Shown here: positions 31,384-42,822 of the stretch, one piece after another
How the letters are laid out: each line of letters begins with the position of its first letter
How positions within the stretch are numbered: the stretch's first letter is position 1
DNA from: an uncultured Streptococcus sp.
GTDB taxonomy: Bacteria > Bacillota > Bacilli > Lactobacillales > Aerococcaceae
Reading direction: 5' to 3'
NCBI GenBank assembly: GCA_963552295.1
Contig: CAUVJW010000001.1
Coordinates: 1-52,200 of the forward strand
DNA length: 52,200 bases
Position numbers and translations under genes: made by a program
Notes under the pieces: model-generated
What the model saw: the letters and a program-made list of their open reading frames with translations, nothing else
Told to the model about the DNA's origin: nothing
Database searches by the model: none

Positions 31384-32145
31384 ATGACTGTTTTAACTAA
31401 AATCAGACCTAAAGAACCATTAAAAAATTTAAAGTGGTTTGACATCCTCATCGTGACAATCATCATGTTCGGGGAGTTTATCATTCGATCCACGCAACAA
31501 TTTCTACAGAGTTTACAACCAGTAACAGAAGTTGCCCAGCAGTATACGGAAACGATAACGTCCTATAGCGACGGGGCAGCGTATTCGAGTAATTTTACGC
31601 TACAGGTGATATTACTAGCGATTGCACTCTTGTACTTAGTCATCCGTCATTACGACTTCAAGCAGTTGAAGATTCGTTTTCACTGGTCTGTACTCATCTG
31701 GGTACCGTTATTATTCACGATGGTCGGACTCTTCGGCGACGTTGTAACAACGCTTAGCGGCGAATACAATTACTTCGACCCAGCGCTTGTTCCGTTCATG
31801 AACCCACAGGAAATCATCAATAAGTTCTTAGCGTTATCTCCAATGGCCATTGCTTATGGTCTGTTAAATGGATTCTACGAAGAGTTCTTCTTCCTTGGGT
31901 TAATGACATCGGTGAAGAAAGAACATCAGTGGAAGGCTTTAGCATTCTCAACACTGGTTCGTTTCTCATTCCATACGTATCAAGGAATGTTGTGGGCAAT
32001 TATTATCGGAGTCGTGTACGGATTGTTCTACTACTTCATGTACAAGAAAGTGGTCAAAAACCTATTACCATTCTTCCTTATGCACGCATTGGCAGATATG
32101 TTTGGTTCAACCTTCATCTACTTATTAATCGCATGGGCATACTAA
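31384..32145 (+). CDS. CPBP/Abi family membrane protein
   Basis: NGFYEEFFF, RFSFHTYQG, HALAD. Confidence 0.8.
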   Translation: MTVLTKIRPKEPLKNLKWFDILIVTIIMFGEFIIRSTQQFLQSLQPVTEVAQQYTETITSYSDGAAYSSNFTLQVILLAIALLYLVIRHYDFKQLKIRFHWSVLIWVPLLFTMVGLFGDVVTTLSGEYNYFDPALVPFMNPQEIINKFLALSPMAIAYGLLNGFYEEFFFLGLMTSVKKEHQWKALAFSTLVRFSFHTYQGMLWAIIIGVVYGLFYYFMYKKVVKNLLPFFLMHALADMFGSTFIYLLIAWAY

Positions 32146-32332
32146 CGTTGAGCAAAGCGCATCCTGGAAAGGGTGCGTTTTTCTTATTGAAAGGCTGCAA
32201 TTACCATATATGGTAATTGCGTATTGGAGTGGAGTAAAAACAGTGTGAAATCAAGCTTCTTTCTTATGTGTGAGGGGGAGGGTTATGGTATGATAGCGCT
32301 AGTGATATCAGTAAAAGCGAGGAGACTTTCAG

Positions 32333-33364
32333 ATGTATTATGTAAAAAATCAACGTAATGGACAAGAAATCTACGATGCAACGACAAACTTAGCCATCGA
32401 ATATTTCTTATTAAACGAAAAGAAACTCGATGAACCAATTTTGTTATTTTATATTAACGAAAATGCGATTATCATCGGGAAAAACCAAAATACCATCGAA
32501 GAAATCAATCAAGATGGTGTAGATAAACTTGGCGTACAAGTGGTTCGTCGTTTCTCAGGCGGTGGAGCCGTGTATCACGATATGGGAAATATCTGCTTCT
32601 GCTTCATTACAGAAGATGATGGCGATAGCTTCCGTGATTTTGGAAAATTCACAGAACCCGTGATTGAAGCACTCCATAAAATGGGAGCAACAGGGGCAGA
32701 ATTACAAGGGCGTAACGACCTTCTCATCGACGGCAAGAAATTCTCTGGAAATGCGATGTATTCAAACAATGGCCGTTTAACAGCGCACGGAACATTAATG
32801 CTCGATCTAGATGTGAGCATTTTGCCTCAAATTTTACGTCCAAAACAAGAGAAAATCGCGTCAAAAGGAATCAAGTCAGTTCGTTCACGCGTGACAAATA
32901 TCAAACCGTACTTAGCGCCTGAATACCAAGACTTAGACATCTTACAATTCCGCGAAGTGCTCTTGAAAAACATCTTCAATGTGGAAGATACATCAACGAT
33001 TAAAGAGTATGTTCTAACGGATGAAGACTGGGTGCGTGTAGAAGAATTACGCAGCAAGTACTTCAACAACCCGGATTGGAACTACGGAAAAAATCCAAAA
33101 TTCGAATTCAAACAATCAAAACGTACACCAGCCGGCCAAATCGAGTTCAGCTTGAACGTTGAAAAGAATGCCATCAAAGACATTAAGATTAACGGAGACT
33201 TCTTCGGTCTTGGTGAAATCAGCGATGTAGAAAAAGCGCTTGTGGGCGTAGGATACAACCGCGAAGACTTAACGAAAGCCTTCGAAGCCATCGACATCCG
33301 CCGTTACTTCGGTAATGTGACAGTGGACATCCTAGTGAACCTATTACTAGGGGTAGAAGAATAA
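32333..33364 (+). CDS. lplA: Lipoate--protein ligase
   Basis: IGKNQN, RRFSGGGAVYHD, GRNDL..GKKFSGNA, SVRSRV. Confidence 0.93.
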   Translation: MYYVKNQRNGQEIYDATTNLAIEYFLLNEKKLDEPILLFYINENAIIIGKNQNTIEEINQDGVDKLGVQVVRRFSGGGAVYHDMGNICFCFITEDDGDSFRDFGKFTEPVIEALHKMGATGAELQGRNDLLIDGKKFSGNAMYSNNGRLTAHGTLMLDLDVSILPQILRPKQEKIASKGIKSVRSRVTNIKPYLAPEYQDLDILQFREVLLKNIFNVEDTSTIKEYVLTDEDWVRVEELRSKYFNNPDWNYGKNPKFEFKQSKRTPAGQIEFSLNVEKNAIKDIKINGDFFGLGEISDVEKALVGVGYNREDLTKAFEAIDIRRYFGNVTVDILVNLLLGVEE

Positions 33365-33516
33365 AATAGAATACTCGGCTATAGAGGCCGATGAAGTGGA
33401 ACCTAGCAGTGATGCTGGGTTCTTTTTTTTGCTTTCTCGTATAGTAAAAGCCGCGGTGGAGCAGTATAATATAGATGAGTTCAGGAATCCGTTTTTAGGG
33501 AGAGGGGTTGTTGGAA

Positions 33517-33864
33517 ATGAGTCAAAAAGTTAGAGAAATTGTTACTATAGTATTTGGGTTCATCAGTGGAGTGAATGCCATCTATCAGCTACTATTTCGT
33601 CAAGATATCGCGCTGTTTATTGTGAATGCGATAGTTGTTGGTGCTTTCTTTTATTCTTGGTTGAATCGGGATAATCCAGAAAAGCTCAAGAAGATGAATC
33701 GCGGAGGGGCTGCTATTTTGATTTTAATAGTCGCTTCAATCGCTTTTGCCTTGATCATGAATCATTTTGGGTTTGAGCAATGGGAGTCGTGGCAAAAATT
33801 CGTCGTTAGATTCACGTTTTTCTTTGGCTTAGTGACGGTAGTGAATCGATATATTAAAAAATAA
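33517..33864 (+). CDS. Hypothetical membrane protein (start 33508 or 33517)
   Basis: Four hydrophobic segments, purine-rich RBS. Confidence 0.6.
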   Translation: MSQKVREIVTIVFGFISGVNAIYQLLFRQDIALFIVNAIVVGAFFYSWLNRDNPEKLKKMNRGGAAILILIVASIAFALIMNHFGFEQWESWQKFVVRFTFFFGLVTVVNRYIKK

Positions 33865-33884
33865 TAGTTTAACGGAGGCGTCAT

Positions 33885-34709
33885 ATGGCACTTTTACACG
33901 TTTCATTTTTTTCAAAAACATTAATGAGAACCATCCCGCTGTCAGTCTACTTGCCTAGCGATGCGGTGGATTTTAATAATCAGTATCTCTCGGAAGGTCC
34001 GTACAGAGCGTTGGTGTTACTGCATGGAGTGTTAGGCAGTGAACAGGATTGGGTCAATCAAACGCGCATTCTTCGATACGCCAAAGAGAAAAATCTCGTC
34101 CTCATCATGCCTTCTGGTGAAAATCATTTTTACGTAGACCAACCGTGGAACTATACGAACTATGGAGAATTTATCGGGGTGGAACTACCAGAAATCTCAC
34201 GCCGAATGTTTCCTATATCTCGAAAACGGGAAGACTTAGGTATTGCCGGGCTTTCAATGGGTGGCTACGGAGCGCTTCGAAACGGTATCAAATATCCCGA
34301 CACCTTTAGCGTCATAGGGGCGTTCTCTAGCGCGATTAAGAAACAGGTACTTCCACCAGAGGAGATTCCAGAAGCACCGTTCTTTTTAAGAAAAAGCTTT
34401 TTGGAGGCGGTCTTCAAAGATGAGGAGACCTTTGTGGCGGAAGGCAATCAGTTGTATCATGCCGTCCAAACAATGGAGCATAAGGACGCGCTCTCGGTCT
34501 TTATGGCATGTGGTACAGAAGATTGGCTTTTGGAAGACAATCGTAGCTACAGCAGCTTTTTGAAAGAACAAGGAGTGTCGCTAACGTATCAAGAGCACGT
34601 CGGCGGACACGAATGGGATTTCTGGGACTGGGCGATGAAGCAGTTCCTAGACTGGTGGATTCCAGAAGATGCAGACCAAGGTGTGTCTAGCGGGAATGTG
34701 AAATCGTAA
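33885..34709 (+). CDS. Alpha/beta hydrolase, tributyrin/acetyl esterase family
   Basis: LLHG, GLSMGG nucleophile elbow, CGTED, GGHEWDFW. Confidence 0.85.
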   Translation: MALLHVSFFSKTLMRTIPLSVYLPSDAVDFNNQYLSEGPYRALVLLHGVLGSEQDWVNQTRILRYAKEKNLVLIMPSGENHFYVDQPWNYTNYGEFIGVELPEISRRMFPISRKREDLGIAGLSMGGYGALRNGIKYPDTFSVIGAFSSAIKKQVLPPEEIPEAPFFLRKSFLEAVFKDEETFVAEGNQLYHAVQTMEHKDALSVFMACGTEDWLLEDNRSYSSFLKEQGVSLTYQEHVGGHEWDFWDWAMKQFLDWWIPEDADQGVSSGNVKS

Positions 34710-34766
34710 GACGAGCGCGATATTGTTGCAAGCACATCACCATAATGGTAGAATATTTTGTATATT

Positions 34767-35002
34767 AGAGCGATGAACAAGAGGAGTAAAATGACTTTGT
34801 TTACGAGAGAGGGAAGACTTGGTGAAACTTCCTAGCAGATTCATTTGAAGGTAGCTTGTGAGCTTACTCTACGAAATGCAGTAATAGAGTACGGAGACGA
34901 CACTTCGTTACCAACATCGAGGCGTAATGAATGATTACGCGAATATTAGGTGGTACCACGAAATCAATCGTCCTATGGAGAGTGTCTTCATAGGATTTTT
35001 TT
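34767..35002 (+). promoter_or_regulatory. Valine T-box riboswitch leader
   Basis: Stem I AGAGA/GGTGAAA motifs, GTA (Val) specifier at 34851, T-box AGGTGGTACCACG 34948-34960, terminator 34971-35002; promoter TTGCAA(34726)-17-TAGAAT. Confidence 0.93.
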
Positions 35003-35036
35003 ATTGGACACAAACAAGATACAAGGAGGAAAATCA

Positions 35037-37679
35037 ATGGCTAAAGAAATGTCATCTAAGTTTCAACCACAAGAAGTTGAAGCTGGTAAATATCAATGGT
35101 GGGTTGATTCAGGTGTCTTCCATCCAAACGAAGATCCAAATGCTGAACCTTATTCAATCGTTATCCCGCCACCAAACGTAACAGGGAAATTACACTTAGG
35201 ACATGCTTGGGACGTAACGTTACAAGACATGATTATCCGTCAAAAACGTATGCAAGGGTTCGACACTTTATGGTTACCAGGGATGGACCATGCTGGGATT
35301 GCAACTCAAGCAAAAGTAGAAGAAAAATTACGCGGAGAAGGTTTGTCTCGTTATGACCTTGGCCGTGAGAAGTTCCTTGAACAAACATGGGAATGGAAGG
35401 AAGAGTATGCCAGCCATATCCGAGAACAATGGGCAAAAATGGGGATTTCTGTAGACTACCGCAGAGAGCGTTTCACATTAGATAAAGGGTTATCTGACGC
35501 CGTGAAGAAAGTCTTCGTAACTTTATACGAAAAAGGCTTAATCTACCGTGGTGAGTACATCATCAACTGGGACCCTAAAGCCAAAACATCATTATCCGAT
35601 ATCGAAGTTATCCATAAAGACGTAGAAGGCGCGTTCTATCATATGAACTACCCTCTAGCAGACGGAAGTGGATTCCTAGAAATCGCAACAACTCGTCCAG
35701 AAACACTTCTTGGAGATACAGCGGTTGCGGTTCACCCAGACGACGAACGTTACCAAGCGCTTATCGGGAAAACAGTTATCTTGCCGTTAGTAAACCGTGA
35801 AATTCCAATCATTGCTGACGAATACGTTGAGCAAGATTTCGGAACAGGGGTTGTAAAAATCACTCCAGCGCATGACCCTAATGACTTTGAAGTAGGGAAC
35901 CGTCACAACTTACCTCGTATTAACGTGATGAACGATGATGCGACAATGAACGAGTTAGCAGGTAAATACGAAGGCATGGACCGCTTTGCTGCGCGTAAAG
36001 CCATCGTGAAAGATTTGGAAGAAGCTGGCCTTCTTGTGAAAATCGAAAAACATTTACACAGCGTTGGTCACTCAGAACGTACAGATGTCGTTGTTGAACC
36101 ACGTCTTTCAAAACAATGGTTCGTTAAAATGGGACCTTTGGCAGAACAAGCCATCAATGCGCAACGTGAAGAGGGCGACAATACTGTAAACTTCTACCCA
36201 CCACGTTTCAATGATGCGTACTTACGCTGGATGGAAAACATTCACGACTGGGTAATTTCACGTCAATTATGGTGGGGACACCAAATTCCAGCTTGGTATC
36301 ATAAAGAAACAGGCGAAGTATACGTAGGCATGGAAGCGCCAAGCGATATCGAAAACTGGACACAAGATCCAGACGTATTAGATACTTGGTTCTCATCTGC
36401 GTTATGGCCATTTTCAACAATGGGTTGGCCAGACGAACAAGCAGCTGACTACAAACGTTATTATCCAACGAACACACTTGTAACAGGATACGACATCCTT
36501 ACTTTCTGGGTAAGTCGTATGATGTTCCAAGGATTAGAATTTACAGGCAAACGTCCATTCAAGAACGTTTTAATTCACGGATTGATTCGTGATAGCCAAG
36601 GTCGTAAGATGAGTAAGTCTCTTGGAAACGGGGTTGACCCAATGGAGGTTATCGAGCAATATGGTGCCGATGCGCTTCGTTGGTTCTTAGCAAACGGTTC
36701 TGCTCCAGGGCAAGACGTTCGTTACTCAACAGACAAGATGGATGCTGCATGGAACTTCATCAACAAGATTTGGAATGCAAGCCGTTACGCATTAATGAAC
36801 GTGGGCGACTTAACAGCGGACCAAGTGGATATCACTGGTGAGAAGACACTTGCGGATAAATGGATTTTAACGCGCTTGAATCAAACGATTGGCAAAGTGA
36901 CAGAACTCTTCGAGAAATTCGAATTCGGTGAAGCAGGACGTCTCTTATATCGCTTCATCTGGGATGATTTCTGTGACTGGTATATCGAAATGTCGAAAGA
37001 AACATTAGCAGGGGACGACGAAGCTGCGAAATTAACAACACGTAGCATTCTTGTATATGTATTAGACAACACATTACGTCTATTACACCCAATCATGCCT
37101 TTCGTGACAGAAGAAATCTGGCAATCTGTTCCTCACGTTGGGGAATCATTAGTGGTCGCAACTTATCCAACAGTTCACCCAGAACAAATGGATGAAAAAG
37201 CAGCCGAAGAAATGGAATTCTTAATGGACTTTATCCGTTCAGTACGTACGGTTCGTAATGAAATGAACACACCATTATCAAAACCAATTAACATCATTGC
37301 GAAAGTGAGCGACGCTGCGCACTACGCGATCTTGAAAGAAAACGAATCTTACATTGCACGCTTCTCAAATCCAGAAGAATTCGTGTATGGTGAAGACGTT
37401 GAAGCGCCATCTGATGCGGTTACTTCAGTCATCACAGGTGCTGAAATTTACTTGCCGTTAGCAGGGCTAATCAACATCGAAGACGAAATCGCTCGTCTTG
37501 AAAAAGAAGCAGAGAAATTGCAACAAGAAGTGGATCGTGTCGAGAAGAAATTATCGAACGAGAAATTTGTGGCAAAAGCTCCTGAAGCGGTTGTTGAAGC
37601 TGAACGTGCAAAAGGTGCGGACTATCAAGCACAACGCGAAGCCGTGTTAGAACGTATCGCAACATTAAAGAAAATCTAA
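35037..37679 (+). CDS. valS: Valine--tRNA ligase
   Basis: [19 protein letters not shown]-terminal coiled coil; ATG 35037 after AAGGAGG. Confidence 0.98.
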   Translation: MAKEMSSKFQPQEVEAGKYQWWVDSGVFHPNEDPNAEPYSIVIPPPNVTGKLHLGHAWDVTLQDMIIRQKRMQGFDTLWLPGMDHAGIATQAKVEEKLRGEGLSRYDLGREKFLEQTWEWKEEYASHIREQWAKMGISVDYRRERFTLDKGLSDAVKKVFVTLYEKGLIYRGEYIINWDPKAKTSLSDIEVIHKDVEGAFYHMNYPLADGSGFLEIATTRPETLLGDTAVAVHPDDERYQALIGKTVILPLVNREIPIIADEYVEQDFGTGVVKITPAHDPNDFEVGNRHNLPRINVMNDDATMNELAGKYEGMDRFAARKAIVKDLEEAGLLVKIEKHLHSVGHSERTDVVVEPRLSKQWFVKMGPLAEQAINAQREEGDNTVNFYPPRFNDAYLRWMENIHDWVISRQLWWGHQIPAWYHKETGEVYVGMEAPSDIENWTQDPDVLDTWFSSALWPFSTMGWPDEQAADYKRYYPTNTLVTGYDILTFWVSRMMFQGLEFTGKRPFKNVLIHGLIRDSQGRKMSKSLGNGVDPMEVIEQYGADALRWFLANGSAPGQDVRYSTDKMDAAWNFINKIWNASRYALMNVGDLTADQVDITGEKTLADKWILTRLNQTIGKVTELFEKFEFGEAGRLLYRFIWDDFCDWYIEMSKETLAGDDEAAKLTTRSILVYVLDNTLRLLHPIMPFVTEEIWQSVPHVGESLVVATYPTVHPEQMDEKAAEEMEFLMDFIRSVRTVRNEMNTPLSKPINIIAKVSDAAHYAILKENESYIARFSNPEEFVYGEDVEAPSDAVTSVITGAEIYLPLAGLINIEDEIARLEKEAEKLQQEVDRVEKKLSNEKFVAKAPEAVVEAERAKGADYQAQREAVLERIATLKKI

Positions 37680-37786
37680 TCCGTTTCAATGGCGGGGAGA
37701 GCGTATGAAGTGTCATGCGCTCTCTTTTGTATGTTCCAAAGAGTCATTTTCTGTTATGATAAATGAGGAAAACAGGAGGTGAGTGA

Positions 37787-39058
37787 ATGATTCAAGAGTG
37801 GTTAAAAAAGAGCGAGAGTATTCCGCGTAAACATGGATTGTACCGCATGGAGGCTATCCTAGAAGCACTTGGAAATCCAGAACGAGGGTTGAAGACTATT
37901 CATATTGCTGGAACGAATGGAAAAGGGTCCACTGCGGCGATGGTAACGGCCTTTGCGAAGGCGCATGGATTGCGAGTAGGGACATTCACTTCACCACATA
38001 TGGACAGTATTAAGGAACGGATTCAGCTAGACGGAGTGCCTCTAGGGGAAGAGCCGTTCTGGCAAGCCGCATCGGTCGTAAGAGAGGTGGAGAACCGCTT
38101 ATTCGAAGAGTGGGGCGCCTTTAACTATTTTGAGATTTTAACGGCGATGATGTTTGTCGTCTTTCAACAGGAAGCTGTCGACCTTGCAATTATTGAGGTC
38201 GGGATTGGAGGTCTTCTCGATAATACGAATGTTGGGCATCCACTCGTCAGTGTCATTACGACGATTGGGTTGGATCATCAAGACTTACTCGGAACTACGT
38301 TGGAAGAAATTACGGCGCAAAAAGCAGGGATTATTAAGGCTGGGCAGCAAGTGGTTGTCGGGCCAGTTACGCGTGAATGTATGGATGTGATACATAGTAC
38401 CTCTAGTAAACAAGGTGCAACAGTGCAGGCGTTTGGGGAAGATTTTTCACTAGTAGAAGATTCGTATCAAGATGCAGTATTCACGATTTCGCTGAAGCAG
38501 TTAGCCCTTAACGGAACCTTCCAAAAGGAGAATGCGACTGTTGCGATTCGAGCGTTTCGCGCGTGGATGGAAGCTACGGGTAGAAGTGTGCAGGCCGAAT
38601 TCATCGAGGCGGCATTACAAGTGGTTTCCTGGCCAGGGCGCATGGAAGTATTGCAAGCGACACCGCTTGTGATCATCGACGGAGCCCATAATTTACCAGC
38701 TATCGAGCGACTCGTTCAAAACATGACGGCTCACGTTGGCAAGAAACAGACGCTGTTATTTAGCGCGCTCACTCGAAAAGATAGTCAACAGATGCTTCTA
38801 AGGTTGCAGGAAGCTCTTCCTGACGTGAACATCATCTTGACGAGTTTCCATCCTTCAAGAGGCATGTCGATTGCTAGAAGTGATGTGGAAGCGTACTTGG
38901 ATTCTCCACAGGTTTCTTATGAAGAAAGCTTTGAAGACGTCATCGACCGTTTCGCCAGTGTAACAGACGATAAGACCGAATTATGGGTGACGGGGTCATT
39001 GTATTTTATCGCCGAAGTTCGACATTGGTGGAAGAACCGTAAGCCCAAAGAAGAATAG
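37787..39058 (+). CDS. folC: Folylpolyglutamate synthase/dihydrofolate synthase
   Basis: HIAGTNGKGS, FTSPH, EVGIGG.LD.TN, WPGR, DGAHN, GSLYF. Confidence 0.93.
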   Translation: MIQEWLKKSESIPRKHGLYRMEAILEALGNPERGLKTIHIAGTNGKGSTAAMVTAFAKAHGLRVGTFTSPHMDSIKERIQLDGVPLGEEPFWQAASVVREVENRLFEEWGAFNYFEILTAMMFVVFQQEAVDLAIIEVGIGGLLDNTNVGHPLVSVITTIGLDHQDLLGTTLEEITAQKAGIIKAGQQVVVGPVTRECMDVIHSTSSKQGATVQAFGEDFSLVEDSYQDAVFTISLKQLALNGTFQKENATVAIRAFRAWMEATGRSVQAEFIEAALQVVSWPGRMEVLQATPLVIIDGAHNLPAIERLVQNMTAHVGKKQTLLFSALTRKDSQQMLLRLQEALPDVNIILTSFHPSRGMSIARSDVEAYLDSPQVSYEESFEDVIDRFASVTDDKTELWVTGSLYFIAEVRHWWKNRKPKEE

Positions 39059-39101
39059 ACATCGTAACTCTTTGTAGAGAAAACAAAGAGGAAGTGTCAC
39101 A

Positions 39102-39785
39102 ATGATTGAATCAAAATTATTAGAAGTGCCTTTAAGCGCTATGCCACGAGAACGCCTCGAACGGTATGGCGCTAAAGTGCTTGAAACGCATGAATTACTC
39201 GCGATATTACTGCGAACAGGGTCCAAGGATTTAAACGTCCTGCAACTGGCGGTTGTTGTCTTAAACACCTTCGAGGACTTGCATTCGCTGAAGATGGCGA
39301 GCCTGGACGAACTCATGCACATTAATGGCATCGGCAGAACCAAGGCAATTGAACTCAAGGCAGCGATGGAACTTGGGGTGCGCTTAAGTAATGCCGCGCA
39401 AATGAAACTCGGGAAGATTACGTCCTCCAAGATGGCCGGCCAGTGGATTGTGCAGGAGTTGAAGGATGCCTATCAGGAACATCTTGTCGCCTTGTATTTG
39501 AACACGAAAAACGAGATTATCAAGAAGAAAATGATCTTCATCGGTGGTTTGAACAGTGCAGTGGCGCATCCTAGAGAAATCTTCCGGGAGGCAGTACGGT
39601 TTTCGGCGGCGCGCGTCATCATTGGCCATAATCACCCAAGCGGAAATCCCGAACCCTCCCAAGCGGATATCGATTTTACACGTCGCTTGATGGAGTGTGG
39701 TGAACTCATGGGCATCGAGCTTCTAGATCATTTTGTAGTCGGAGGAGAGGAGTACATTTCTTTAAAAGAATTCGGGGCTTTTTAA
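39102..39785 (+). CDS. radC: RadC/UPF0758 JAB-domain protein
   Basis: PRERL...ELLAILLRTG, HPREIF, HNHPSG..PS.AD, LLDH. Confidence 0.93.
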   Translation: MIESKLLEVPLSAMPRERLERYGAKVLETHELLAILLRTGSKDLNVLQLAVVVLNTFEDLHSLKMASLDELMHINGIGRTKAIELKAAMELGVRLSNAAQMKLGKITSSKMAGQWIVQELKDAYQEHLVALYLNTKNEIIKKKMIFIGGLNSAVAHPREIFREAVRFSAARVIIGHNHPSGNPEPSQADIDFTRRLMECGELMGIELLDHFVVGGEEYISLKEFGAF

Positions 39786-39948
39786 AAACGACTCAAAAGA
39801 ATGTGAAAAGTTGAATTTTAGAAAAAGATGAAAACAGATTGTTTTCAATTTTCACGAAAAATAATATTGAAAATTAACGAAACGATTCGGAAAAAACGCA
39901 CAAAACGGCAATTGTTCTACTTAATTCTCAGTGAAATCGGAAATACTC

Positions 39949-40083
39949 TTGCAAATTTGCCTGTGAGATGTTATACTTAGGTTGTGTTTTTGTTATGTAA
40001 AGAAATTGTGTAAGATATTACTCCTTTCGAACCATTAGCAAGAATATCAATAACAAGTGCTATGGCACAAGGAGGAAATGTTC
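39949..40083 (+). promoter_or_regulatory. cspA promoter and long 5' leader
   Basis: TTGCAA(39949)-17-TATACT(39972) with extended TG; ~100 nt UTR typical of csp genes. Confidence 0.6.
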
Positions 40084-40284
40084 ATGGAACAAGGTACAGT
40101 AAAATGGTTTAACTCAGAAAAAGGTTTTGGGTTTATCGAACGTGAAGGTGGAAACGATGTATTCGTACACTTCTCAGCAATCCAATCAGAAGGATTCAAA
40201 ACATTAGAAGAAGGACAAGCAGTTCAATTCGATGTTGAAGAAGGCGCTCGTGGACCACAAGCAGCTAACGTAGTTAAACTATAA
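40084..40284 (+). CDS. cspA: Cold-shock protein
   Basis: [27 protein letters not shown]; terminator 40302-40328; exact paralogue name uncertain. Confidence 0.92.
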   Translation: MEQGTVKWFNSEKGFGFIEREGGNDVFVHFSAIQSEGFKTLEEGQAVQFDVEEGARGPQAANVVKL

Positions 40285-40490
40285 TTTAACTTAAACTTTG
40301 ATACCACCGGTTTTCCGGTGGTTTTTTTGTGCGCAAAAACAGAAGAGTCGAAGCTTAAAATGTACAAATTTGGCCATGTCCATATATGGCCTTTTTGTCC
40401 TCCCCCTCCCAAGAATTTCTTTTTATTTTTGTCCTTTTTTAGTAAGTTGGTTTCAAAATTATTGGTGATTTTTTGTTAGAAGCTGCCCCA

Positions 40491-40750
40491 GCTGGAATGG
40501 GAGAAACAAGTGCGAATCGATTTTTGAAAAACGAAGAGTCTTCGGATTCTATAGGAATAATAATAGCGGTCATAATCGATGTGAATTACTGACTCTGGAA
40601 ATTCATTTCCTAGAGTCAGTTTGAAGCTCGATAGGAAACGAGACCTGGGCTCGTTCCGGTATAGCTATTGTTGTTCCTATGAAGATATCCGAAGGTGTTT
40701 GTAGTTTTTCAAAACAGCACAAAACATCTAATTGTTTCTTCCATTCCAGC
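40491..40750 (+). repeat. Structured intergenic element, copy F (palindrome extends ~40412-40873)
   Basis: GCTGGAATGGGAGAAACAA/TTGTTTCTTCCATTCCAGC arms; ATCGA-t-GTGAATTA(40581)-CTGACTCT..AGAGTCAG-TTTGAA-gc-TCGAT; GAGAC-ctg-GGCTC. Confidence 0.88.
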
Positions 40751-40936
40751 CGAAGGCTCACCAGTTTTTTACACAAAAAATATCACCATAATATTACAGA
40801 AACCGTTTTTATATTACGAAATAAAAAAGTTTCCTAAAAATCTATAAAATACAAGAATAAAAAGCTAAATTCTGCTATACTAGAATAGAATTCTTACAGC
40901 CAAGTCTGTAGAAGAATTATCTAAGGAGGAAACAGT

Positions 40937-41938
40937 GTGGTTGCATTAAATTTTAAAGCACAGAATATCGGAATTGACTTAGGCACAGCTAACACGATTG
41001 TTTATCTAGAAGATGAGGGAATCGTCACACGTGAACCTTCCGTGGTTGCAAAAAATATCGTTACAGAAGAAATTATCGCAGTAGGAAAATCTGCATTTGA
41101 AATGATTGGTAGAACACCAGAAAATATCGTGGCATTACGCCCAATGAAAGATGGCGTAATCGCTGACTACAATACAACGACAGCAATGTTGAAATACTTC
41201 ATTCAGTCGATTGTGGGCCGCTCATTCTTTAAACCAGTGGTCATTATTTGTGTGCCAAGTGGCATTACAGACGTTGAAAAAAGAGCCGTTTTAGACGCGA
41301 CAAAATATGCAGGAGCCAAAGAAGCGTACGTGGTTGAAGAACCATTCGCAGCTGCGGTTGGGGCAGGCCTTCCTGTCACAGACCCAACTGGAAGCATGAT
41401 TGTCGATATCGGTGGCGGTACGACAGACGTTGCGACGATTTCTCTTGGTGGAATCGTGAATAGCCGTTCAATTCGTGTCGGAGGAGACGAGTTAAACGAG
41501 TCTATTATTCAGCATGTTCGTAAGACGTACAATTTACTAATCGGGGAACGTACGGCTGAAGAATTAAAAATTATGTTAGGTTCAGCTTCCGTTGAAAAAG
41601 CACAAGGAAGCATGCAAGTGCGTGGTCGTGATATGGTTACGGGATTGCCACGTGTTGTTGAAGTGCCTGCAAAAGAAATTGCAGTTGCGATGAGTGAAAT
41701 TATTCATCAAATTTTAGACGCAGTAAAAGATGTATTGGAACAAACACCGCCAGAAATTTCTGCGGACGTTATTGATCATGGAATCGTGTTAACAGGGGGA
41801 GGCGCAATGCTTCGTCACCTTGCTGAGATGATTTCGAAGGAAACGCAAGTACCAGCCTTTGTGGCCAACGATCCACTCGATTGTGTGGCACTAGGAACAG
41901 GTGCGATTTTAGCAAATCCATCATTAATGAAAAAATAG
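40937..41938 (+). CDS. mreB: Actin-like rod shape protein MreB
   Basis: [28 protein letters not shown]; followed by mreC, mreD. Confidence 0.95.
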   Translation: MVALNFKAQNIGIDLGTANTIVYLEDEGIVTREPSVVAKNIVTEEIIAVGKSAFEMIGRTPENIVALRPMKDGVIADYNTTTAMLKYFIQSIVGRSFFKPVVIICVPSGITDVEKRAVLDATKYAGAKEAYVVEEPFAAAVGAGLPVTDPTGSMIVDIGGGTTDVATISLGGIVNSRSIRVGGDELNESIIQHVRKTYNLLIGERTAEELKIMLGSASVEKAQGSMQVRGRDMVTGLPRVVEVPAKEIAVAMSEIIHQILDAVKDVLEQTPPEISADVIDHGIVLTGGGAMLRHLAEMISKETQVPAFVANDPLDCVALGTGAILANPSLMKK

Positions 41939-41973
41939 AGTCCGTTGAAAAATAAAAAAAGAGGAGTGATGAT

Positions 41974-42822
41974 GTGAATCCAATTTTTTCAAATAAGAAA
42001 CTAATTGGTTGGGTAATCGGAATTATCACGGCATTAGCATTGATCATGTATTCCGTTACTTACGGCAGTAATATCGTGACTCAAGGTGTTAATGATGTAA
42101 CCAATATTCTAGGAAGATTAGTCTCTTATCCAGCAAATAGTATTAATGATTTTATCGATAGCGTGAGTGATTTATCAAATACGTATCAAGAAAATCAATC
42201 GTTAAAACAAAAAATCGATACCATTCATGAATTAGAAGTTCAATTGAGTGAGTTAAAACGTGATAACCAAAAAATGAAGGAAACGCTCAAGTTGCAAGAT
42301 ACGCTGAACGATTATACGTTAGTGAATGCGACGGTGATTGCGCGTAATCCAGATACATGGCGTGATGTCATTACAATTAACAAAGGGTCTAATGACGGCA
42401 TCCAACCGCAAATGTCTGTTATGAGTGATAATGGACTTGTAGGGAAAGTTATGGACGTGAATCCAACGAGTGCACGTGTAGCGCTATTATCGAATGCTGA
42501 TAATACATTAGTGCGTGTGGCGGCGATGATTCAAAACGAAAAAGAACCAATCTACGGAACGATCACTGGCTATGACGATAAAACCAATATGTTAGTGATG
42601 AGCCAAATTCAAGCAACGCAAGATATCAAAGTTGGGGATAAAGTCGTGACAAGTGGTCTCGGTGGCATTTCTCCAAACTCACTATATATCGGTACGGTTG
42701 AAGAAGTGGCGATGGACCGTTTTGGCTTGTATAAAGAAGTGAAAATTCGTCCAGCAGCGGATACAAATGACGTTCGTTATGTGACGGTTGTTATTCGTAC
42801 AAGCGAAAGCGAGGGGCAATAA
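41974..42822 (+). CDS. mreC: Rod shape protein MreC
   Basis: TM, coiled coil, INKGS.DG, GLVGKV, GDKVVTSGLGG. Confidence 0.92.
   Translation: MNPIFSNKKLIGWVIGIITALALIMYSVTYGSNIVTQGVNDVTNILGRLVSYPANSINDFIDSVSDLSNTYQENQSLKQKIDTIHELEVQLSELKRDNQKMKETLKLQDTLNDYTLVNATVIARNPDTWRDVITINKGSNDGIQPQMSVMSDNGLVGKVMDVNPTSARVALLSNADNTLVRVAAMIQNEKEPIYGTITGYDDKTNMLVMSQIQATQDIKVGDKVVTSGLGGISPNSLYIGTVEEVAMDRFGLYKEVKIRPAADTNDVRYVTVVIRTSESEGQ

Noticed and set aside
34950..35036. N-terminal extensions in the ORF track for valS, groES, rex, lemA, coaD, cshA and the SMI1 gene
   Set aside because: They overlap T-box, CIRCE or promoter DNA; downstream starts have good RBSs and match family N-termini
39102..39785. radC as a marker of a mobile element
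   Set aside because: Full-length chromosomal type in the usual valS-folC-radC-mreB neighbourhood
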